This document shows positions 57,697 through 64,000 of a DNA stretch of 64,000 nt, piece after piece. The first letter of the stretch is position 1, and the number at the start of each line of letters is the position of its first letter. The notes under the pieces were generated by a model. The model was not told the DNA's origin and ran no database searches. It saw only the letters and a list, made by a program, of their open reading frames with translations. Origin of the DNA: Longimicrobiales bacterium (GTDB lineage Bacteria; Gemmatimonadota; Gemmatimonadetes; Longimicrobiales; Gaopeijiaceae); assembly GCA_041690395.1 (NCBI GenBank), contig JAWLHJ010000003.1, forward strand, positions 352,001 through 416,000. The letters are read 5' to 3'. Made by a program: the position numbers and the translations under genes.

Positions 57697-59421
57697 ATGG
57701 GCGGGTCGGTGACGGCCCGCCTGCTGTTCGCCCTGGCCCCGCTCGCGTTCGTCGCGGTCGGGGCTTCGGCGCAGGATCTCGCGGGGAGCCTGGCCGCCTG
57801 TGAAGGAAGGGTCGTCTCGGAGATCGTCGTCACGGCTCGGGAGCCCGTGCTGCCACGGCTCCCGTCCAGGCTCGGTTGGCTGACGGACGCGGTGGGAAGC
57901 CTGCACACCACGACGAAGCAGGAGGTGGTCGAACGCTTCCTCCTTCTGAGCCCGGGTGAGCCGTGCACGGAAAGACGCAGGGCCGAATCGGAGCGCATCC
58001 TCCGGCTGCAGCCCTTCCTGGCCGAAGCCACGGTCCGCGCGGTTCCCGACCTCATCGGAGGGACCACGCGTATCGAGGTCGAGACGACGGACGAGATCTC
58101 GCCCGTGCTCGATGTGCGCTTCCACGGCGCACGACCCTCCTCGGTGCGTCTCGGCAGCGGGAACGTGGCCGGCCAGGGACTCGCCGTCGTGGCGGGCGTG
58201 GAGCGAGGGTTCGCGTACCGGACGGGTTTCCGCCTGCACGGCACGGCTTACCAGGTGTTCGGGCGTCCCTACACCCTGGCCTTCACCCTGGACCAGGCCC
58301 CGCTCGGGCGCACGCGCAGCCTGTCGCTCGGATATCCCTTCCTCACCGACCTGCAGCGCAACGCCTGGTACATGGGGTACGACGAGTTGCAAGCGTACAC
58401 GTCCTTCGCCCGTCCGGGCCTCGCGGACCTGTCGCTCGAGGTCCGCCGACGCTTCTGGGGGCTCGGAGGAGTCCGACGGCTCGGGATCGGCCGCGAGAGC
58501 GCCTTCATCGGTGCGCTCGTCACCCACGAGGACATGGCTCCCGCGCCCTCCGCCGTGATCATCTCCGATTCGGGCCTGGTCGCCGACACGACCGACGCCC
58601 TCGGCGGTGCGCCCCCCTCGTACCGGAACGTACGCTTCAACGCGGTCCTGGGTGCGCGCATCCTGTCGTTCACCCAGGCCCGTGGGCTCGACGCGCTCCT
58701 GGCCGGTCAGGACATCGCGACGGGCATCCAGCTCGGCCTCCTGGTGGGCAGGGGAATTCCGCGCCTGGGCTCCGCGGCGGATGACGTGTTCGTCTCGGCC
58801 GACATCTACGCCGGGCTCGGCTCTCCCCGGTCGTTCGCTTCCATGCGCATCGGATTGGAGGCACGCCGCGACCAGAGGCCGGACCGCTGGGACTCGGTGG
58901 TCGGGAGCGGGCGGGTCGCGTGGTATGCCAAGCCCGCCGAAGCGCACCTCGTGATCTCGAGCTTCGAGATGGCCGGAGGATGGCGAAGCCGGGTGCCGTT
59001 CCAACTGCGGTTGGGAGACCCGGAGGGAGGCGTGCGCGGGTACGCGGCGTCTCGGGCGGGTGGTGCGGTTCGGGGCCTGAGCCGGCTGGAGCATCGTTGG
59101 CTGTTGGGCGAGGTCGCTGACCGCGCCGCCTTCGCGTGGGCGACGTTCATGGACGTTGGTCAGGTTTGGGCCGGGGATGCTCCCATCGGCCTCGACAGCG
59201 GAGCGCGCGTGGGCGTCGGAGCGGGCCTGCTGGTGGCGTTCCCTCCGGAGTCGCATCGGACGTGGCGCCTGGACGTGGCCATACCCCTCGGGTCCGACCC
59301 CGACGCGCGCTGGGAGGTGCGGTTGACCGGCACACGGGTGCGCCCCTTCTGGCGCGAGCCGTACGACGTGGCACGGGCGCGGGCGGATGCTTCGCCGGCG
59401 ACGATCTTCACCTGGTGGTGA
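57697..59421 (+). CDS. Omp85/BamA-TamA-like outer membrane protein
   Basis: Signal peptide, POTRA-like 'ESERILR.QPFL', barrel motif 'VRGY', 'F.DVG.VW' and an aromatic C-terminus. Confidence 0.75.
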   Translation: MGGSVTARLLFALAPLAFVAVGASAQDLAGSLAACEGRVVSEIVVTAREPVLPRLPSRLGWLTDAVGSLHTTTKQEVVERFLLLSPGEPCTERRRAESERILRLQPFLAEATVRAVPDLIGGTTRIEVETTDEISPVLDVRFHGARPSSVRLGSGNVAGQGLAVVAGVERGFAYRTGFRLHGTAYQVFGRPYTLAFTLDQAPLGRTRSLSLGYPFLTDLQRNAWYMGYDELQAYTSFARPGLADLSLEVRRRFWGLGGVRRLGIGRESAFIGALVTHEDMAPAPSAVIISDSGLVADTTDALGGAPPSYRNVRFNAVLGARILSFTQARGLDALLAGQDIATGIQLGLLVGRGIPRLGSAADDVFVSADIYAGLGSPRSFASMRIGLEARRDQRPDRWDSVVGSGRVAWYAKPAEAHLVISSFEMAGGWRSRVPFQLRLGDPEGGVRGYAASRAGGAVRGLSRLEHRWLLGEVADRAAFAWATFMDVGQVWAGDAPIGLDSGARVGVGAGLLVAFPPESHRTWRLDVAIPLGSDPDARWEVRLTGTRVRPFWREPYDVARARADASPATIFTWW

Positions 59422-59431
59422 AGTCCCGGTG

Positions 59432-59447
59432 CGGCCCCCGACTTGCA
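59432..59447 (+). promoter_or_regulatory. sigma-54 -24/-12-like promoter
   Basis: CGGCCCCCGACTTGCA upstream of GTG 59588. Confidence 0.45.
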
Positions 59448-59587
59448 TCTGATGTAGGGCGAGGACCCTCGATCCCTTCTGCTCCGGAACCACGACCATC
59501 GAGACCGCCGCGACCACACGACGCCCGGCCTCGGCCACCGCCGACGCGGCGCTCGAGGGAGGACGGGACACCCGGGCGAGGACGCCC

Positions 59588-60694
59588 GTGACCGCCCCCG
59601 GGGCCGACGGCATCGACTTCGGTGTCGCGGGCGTGCTGCGGGTGGGCGTCCAGGGCGACGGTCGGGACGATCGGGTTGCTGTGGCACGCGACGTCGGCAG
59701 GACGGACGCCGTGGGCGACCGCATCCCCGACGTGACGATCCGCTTCGTGGACGAGATTTCGCCGGTGCACCTCCGCGTGTTGGACGGCGGATGGACCGGA
59801 TACGGCGATGACGGCGTGTACTTCCTCGATCCGTCGACGCACGCACCACTGGCCACCGTGTCACAGGGGGAGCGTTGGGGCGAGGCGCGGATCGTCTGCC
59901 GACGAGGGCTCGGACGCGTTCCGTTTCTGTCGTCGGCATTGGACCTCGCGGCCCTGTTCCACCAGTGGGCTCCCGTACACGGCTCCGGGTGGGTCACGCC
60001 CGAGGGAAAGGGCGTGCTCGTGACCGGATGGGCCCATAGCGGCAAGACGGGTGCACTGCTGTCTGCCTGTGAGGGTGGCGCCCTGCCCGTCGGTGACGAC
60101 CGGATTCTGCTGTCGCGAACGGGGTCGCGCATGATCGGCATGGGCCGCCCCGTTGGAGTGAAGGACTGGCACATGGCCCAACTCCCGCTCGCTTCGCTCG
60201 GGCGGAGACCCGTTCGCCGGGCGCTCGCGCGGATGGCGCCGGCCTTCGGCGCATGGACGGACGGGGCCATGCGCGGCCCGGGCCTCCGGTTGGCCGGCAG
60301 GGCCATCGACCGGCTCCGGCGCGGGCTGGAGCTGGAGCTTCCGCCCGAGCGCCTCGGGGCGCCCCCGGCCGATGCTCGGGTCGATGTCCTGGTCATCCTG
60401 GAGACACACCCGCACGCGTCGATCGTGGCCGAGCCCGCGGCCCCCGGCTGCGCCGCCCGGTGCGTGGCTGCCCAGACCGAAGGCGAGCTGCTGTCGGCCC
60501 TCCGGGCGCAGCTGGCCTTCACGTACGCCCTCCCTGGCGGTGGCTGGACGGGCGTGGGGCGAGCGCCAGCCGAAGCCCGGAGCATTCTCGAAGATTCGAC
60601 TCGTGGCGTGCCGACCTACGTCGTGCGCCACCCCTACCCTTGCCCTCTCGAAGCGCTCGACGCCGTCATCGCCGGTGTCGTGGCCGAGGTCTGA
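59588..60694 (+). CDS. HPr-kinase-related P-loop protein
   Basis: 'VHGS...GVLVTGWAHSGKT...GDD'. Confidence 0.7.
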   Translation: MTAPGADGIDFGVAGVLRVGVQGDGRDDRVAVARDVGRTDAVGDRIPDVTIRFVDEISPVHLRVLDGGWTGYGDDGVYFLDPSTHAPLATVSQGERWGEARIVCRRGLGRVPFLSSALDLAALFHQWAPVHGSGWVTPEGKGVLVTGWAHSGKTGALLSACEGGALPVGDDRILLSRTGSRMIGMGRPVGVKDWHMAQLPLASLGRRPVRRALARMAPAFGAWTDGAMRGPGLRLAGRAIDRLRRGLELELPPERLGAPPADARVDVLVILETHPHASIVAEPAAPGCAARCVAAQTEGELLSALRAQLAFTYALPGGGWTGVGRAPAEARSILEDSTRGVPTYVVRHPYPCPLEALDAVIAGVVAEV

Positions 60695-60695
60695 C

Positions 60696-62399
60696 ATGAT
60701 GGCTACGCCAGGACGAATCCTTACACTGGTCGGCGCCGACGGCGCGGGAAAGTCGACACAGGCCAAGCGGCTGTGCTCCACGTTGAACGGGTCGGCCAGG
60801 TACATCTACATGGGGTCGAACCCTTCAGCCTCCACGCACACCCTTCCCACCACGAGGGCGTGGGCCCGCATCAAAGGCGCGATGGGCAGGAATGTCCACC
60901 ATTCCGGCCCACCCGAGGAGCGGACGACGCGCCGTCCGGAGAGCGCGCTCGCGCGCGGTGCCCAACACCTCAAGTCGCTGGCCGCGTTGGGGCTTCGCGT
61001 GAGCGAGGACCTGTACCGGCTGCTGGTGGCGGCCACCTACGCTCGCACGGGCCACACGGTGATCATGGATCGGCATCCGTACCCCGACTACTACACCCGA
61101 CGCGTGCGGGATACCGGCGCGTGGCTTCGGTGGGGCGACCGCATCCATGGATTCCTCCTTCGGCACGTCTATCCTCGTCCGAGCAACCTCGTCATCCTCG
61201 ACGCTCCGGCAGAGGTCCTCCACGCCCGGAAGCCCGAAGGCTCCCTGGCCGCCCTCGAGGCCCGACGACGGGAATACCTGGACATGATCGGGACCGGCCC
61301 CGATGCAAGCGTCACCGTGATCGATGCGTCCCGGCCCGAGGAGTCCGTCTTCCGCGACCTCCTGCGCCTCGCGGAGGCACGCGCGCCGCTCTCCGGCCAT
61401 GGTCCGCGGCCCCACCTGTCGCACGCCCTGGCCCTGCTCGCGGTACCGCTCCTGATGGCGTGCGACGGTTCCTCTTCGACCGACGTGGTGCCGCCCGAAG
61501 CACCCGGCATCGTGACCCTCACGGTCATGACCTACAACATCTTCCACGACGGGGCAGACCCCGGTCGGGGTATCCTGCCGTGGTCCGAGCGCCGAGACGC
61601 GGTGGTCGCCATGATCCGGAGTCGCACGCCCGATGTCGTCGGGCTGCAGGAGGCCGAGGTCTGGCAGGTGGCGTGGCTCCTCGACCAGATGCCCGAGTAC
61701 GAGGCCGTGGCGCGCGGTCCCTACGCAGACGCCGGAGTCCTCGATGCGGAGACGGTCGCCGTGCTGTTCCTGAAAGAGCGGTTCGCGCTCCAGGAATCCG
61801 GCCACTTCTGGTACTCGGAGTCACCCGACCAGCCAGGCTCCTACGGCAGCGCAGCCTTCGGCGGAACAGCCTTCCCCCGTATGGCCACATGGGTTCGTCT
61901 CGTGGAGCGGGATACGCCGCAGGAGTCGGGCTTCTACCTGTTCAACACCCACTTCGTCGCCGAGGAGCACGCCGACGATGCCCAGCTGGCCCGCTTCAAG
62001 AGTGCCGAGCTTCTGGCCGAGCGGATCGCCGACCGTGCCCATGACGATGCCCCGTTCCTGGTGACCGGGGACCTCAACACGGGTCCGGGATCGTGGCCGC
62101 TCAGGTACCTCCTCGGGAGCCGATGCGAGTCAGGGGAGTCCTGCTCCGCGCCCGAGCCGGATCTGCGGATGATCGATGCCTGGGAGACGAACCATCCGGG
62201 AAACACGGAATCGGGGACGCGCTGCAACGCCGAGACGGGTTCGGACGGCCCGCGCGTGGACCACATTCTGGTTTGGGATCCCCCAACCGGGGCGGATAGC
62301 CTCCCGGACGTCTTGACGGCCGACATCCTTGCGGCGCCGGTCGGCTGCCCGTCGGACCACCGGCCCGTGGCGAGCAGGATCGCGCTCCCGGTACCCTGA
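60696..62399 (+). CDS. Fusion ORF: thymidylate-kinase-like domain plus EEP (endonuclease/exonuclease/phosphatase) domain
   Basis: N-terminus 'GADGAGKSTQ', 'IMDR' and 'RKPE'. C-terminus 'MTYNI', 'GLQE', 'TGDLN', 'DHI' and 'SDHRPV'. Confidence 0.8.
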   Translation: MMATPGRILTLVGADGAGKSTQAKRLCSTLNGSARYIYMGSNPSASTHTLPTTRAWARIKGAMGRNVHHSGPPEERTTRRPESALARGAQHLKSLAALGLRVSEDLYRLLVAATYARTGHTVIMDRHPYPDYYTRRVRDTGAWLRWGDRIHGFLLRHVYPRPSNLVILDAPAEVLHARKPEGSLAALEARRREYLDMIGTGPDASVTVIDASRPEESVFRDLLRLAEARAPLSGHGPRPHLSHALALLAVPLLMACDGSSSTDVVPPEAPGIVTLTVMTYNIFHDGADPGRGILPWSERRDAVVAMIRSRTPDVVGLQEAEVWQVAWLLDQMPEYEAVARGPYADAGVLDAETVAVLFLKERFALQESGHFWYSESPDQPGSYGSAAFGGTAFPRMATWVRLVERDTPQESGFYLFNTHFVAEEHADDAQLARFKSAELLAERIADRAHDDAPFLVTGDLNTGPGSWPLRYLLGSRCESGESCSAPEPDLRMIDAWETNHPGNTESGTRCNAETGSDGPRVDHILVWDPPTGADSLPDVLTADILAAPVGCPSDHRPVASRIALPVP

Positions 62400-62519
62400 T
62401 CGGCGAGCGCGACACTGTCGCGCACCTTAGGCAGAAACGACCCCGCCGAGCGCCTCCGCGCGTCCGCCCTGCACCGAGCATTCCGCACCGCGCCTACATC
62501 CATGGGTGACGGGGAAAGC

Positions 62520-62535
62520 TGGTACGGCCCGTGCT
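62520..62535 (+). promoter_or_regulatory. sigma-54 -24/-12-like promoter
   Basis: TGGTACGGCCCGTGCT. The palindrome GCGCGACA-C-TGTCGCGC lies at 62407-62423. Confidence 0.62.
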
Positions 62536-62584
62536 TCGAATAGGAGAGCAGATCCACGAATCCACTCTCAGAATCGGTAGCCGG

Positions 62585-63451
62585 ATGAACCAGATACGAA
62601 TGATTCGACGGGCCCGGAGATGGGCCGCCACGCTGAGCGTGGTCCCGTTCCTCGCCCTCGCCGGGTGCGGGGACGACCCCGTCGGACCCGGGGACGGCGT
62701 CCGCTACCTGGACGAAGTGTTCGACGTCGCTACGGAGACCGATCTCCAGTACGGTCTGGCGATGGACGAGAACGGGGACGAGGAAGTCCTTCTTCTCGAT
62801 CTCTACCAGCCCGAGGACGACACCCTGGATCGGAGGCCCGCCGTCCTCTGGATGCACGGGGGGAGCTTCCAGTTCGGCCACAAGGGCGAGATGACCGAGT
62901 TCGCGCGCAGCTTCGCTCGCCGCGGCATGGTGAGCGTGTCGCTGAACTACCGGCTCCGGGAGAACCAGACGTTCGACTACACGGACCCGGACGATGCCGT
63001 GGGGGAGCAGGCCAAGCGTGACGCCCAGCACGATATCCAGGCCGCGGTGCGTTGGCTGAGGGCGAATGCCGACGACCTGGGCGTCGATCCGGATCTCATC
63101 TATCTGGCCGGATACTCCGCCGGAGGCACGGCGGCGCTCCGCGTCGCCGCCTCGCCCGACGACCCCGGATCGAGTGGTAACCCCGGGCCGTCCTCGAGCG
63201 TCGCCGGTGTGGCCGGCATCTCGGTGAGCATCGAAGAGGGCGTGCTGGAAGCGGCCACGGGCCGAACCCTGCTCATCCACGGAACCGACGATACCAAGGT
63301 GCCGTTCGCCCAGGTGGAGGCGGCATGCGACGCGGCGGCCCGCTGCGAGATCGTCGCCATCGACGGAGGAGTCCACAACATGATCAACTCGGCCAGTGCC
63401 CAGATCATCTCCGAAACCGCGCGCTTCCTGCACGGGGAGGTGGCTCCGTGA
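62585..63451 (+). CDS. Alpha/beta-hydrolase (esterase/lipase) lipoprotein
   Basis: Lipobox 'LAGC', 'HGGSF', 'GYSAGG', 'HGTDD' and 'GVH'. Confidence 0.88.
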   Translation: MNQIRMIRRARRWAATLSVVPFLALAGCGDDPVGPGDGVRYLDEVFDVATETDLQYGLAMDENGDEEVLLLDLYQPEDDTLDRRPAVLWMHGGSFQFGHKGEMTEFARSFARRGMVSVSLNYRLRENQTFDYTDPDDAVGEQAKRDAQHDIQAAVRWLRANADDLGVDPDLIYLAGYSAGGTAALRVAASPDDPGSSGNPGPSSSVAGVAGISVSIEEGVLEAATGRTLLIHGTDDTKVPFAQVEAACDAAARCEIVAIDGGVHNMINSASAQIISETARFLHGEVAP

Positions 63452-63921
63452 AGCGGCTCGCGCTCGGCGCGGTCGTGATCATGGCCGTCCTCCCGTCGGC
63501 CGTCCAGGCCCAGGCCACGCTCGGCCCCGCCATCGCCTACCACGACGACTTCAAGCTGGGCATCGGCGCGGCGCTCAACGTCCCGATCCAGGAGTTCGAC
63601 CAGGGCGTAGGGATCATGGCCGATTTCTTCTACTTCTTCCCGGACGGCAGCGTCAACTACCTCGAGCTCAACGGGAACTTCACCTACTCCTTCGAGCTCG
63701 ATCGGTCACCGGTCACGCCATTCGCGCTGGCCGGGGCCAACGTCTCGAACACGTCGAACGATTTCACCGACACCTCGAGGACGGAGGTCGGAGTCAACCT
63801 CGGCGCCGGGCTCTCGTTCGCGTTGGGCGGGGTTCGGCCCGCGATCGGTGCCAAGGTCGAGATCGGTGGCGGACGGGGATTCGTTGTGTTCGGCCACCTC
63901 CCCTTCGTGATCGGTCGATAG
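63448..63921 (+). CDS. Small outer-membrane beta-barrel protein
   Basis: Signal peptide 'AVQA-Q' and amphipathic strands ('PFALAG', 'GVNLGAG'). Confidence 0.75.
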   Translation: MKRLALGAVVIMAVLPSAVQAQATLGPAIAYHDDFKLGIGAALNVPIQEFDQGVGIMADFFYFFPDGSVNYLELNGNFTYSFELDRSPVTPFALAGANVSNTSNDFTDTSRTEVGVNLGAGLSFALGGVRPAIGAKVEIGGGRGFVVFGHLPFVIGR

Positions 63922-63942
63922 GAAGGTCGCCCCGAGGAGTAC

Positions 63943-64000
63943 ATGAGGAGACAGCTCGCGGTTGCCGTCATGGCCATGGGGTCGATGGGATCGGCCGCAG
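63943..64000 (+). CDS. Secreted protein, N-terminus only (runs off the window)
   Basis: GAGGAG RBS, then MRRQLAVAVMAMGSMGSAA. Confidence 0.55.
   Translation, partial: MRRQLAVAVMAMGSMGSAA

Noticed and set aside
57454..60585. 1043-aa minus-strand ORF
   Set aside because: Arg/Pro/Ala-rich shadow opposite well-supported plus-strand genes.
59588..60694. Lasso peptide/RiPP kinase
   Set aside because: No precursor, PqqD/RRE, B peptidase or cyclase gene nearby.
1..64000. CRISPR arrays, tRNA/rRNA, prophage, exosortase/PEP-CTERM genes
   Set aside because: None recognised by eye. Covariance-model and HMM searches were not run.

Overview
GC-rich bacterial window. Gene style suggests Gemmatimonadota, but this is an inference only. 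No rRNA, tRNA or CRISPR array was seen. 1-22 kb: an SSS symporter end, a methyltransferase, a broken VapB-type antitoxin, a stress/housekeeping block (App1, mdh, HPF-CSD, ZIP, MgtC, YtoQ, DUF1622), an Mrp antiporter operon with three D-type subunits, ppsA, a PAS kinase and an S9 peptidase. 22-40 kb: a Wzx/Wzy-type exopolysaccharide (EPS) locus with wza, wzc, priming and other GTs, deacetylase, ATP-grasp ligase, GNAT, an Fn3/lyase-like lipoprotein and an IS3 remnant. It also holds a degenerate GGDEF protein that keeps its RxxD site. 40-55 kb: a diguanylate cyclase, an NtrC-type sigma-54 activator and two GNATs, divergent from a tightly coupled operon of DltA-like adenylation enzyme, carrier protein, divergent GvpA-like protein, REC protein and GvpF. 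A CheB-CheR-PAS-kinase and a pseudo-kinase converge on that operon. 55-64 kb: secreted and outer-membrane proteins. About 13 correctly oriented sigma-54 (-24/-12)-like motifs precede transcription units across the window. The best candidate novel system is a sigma-54/c-di-GMP-controlled, carrier-dependent EPS aminoacylation module coupled to an orphan GvpA/GvpF pair. All calls are by eye; no searches were run.
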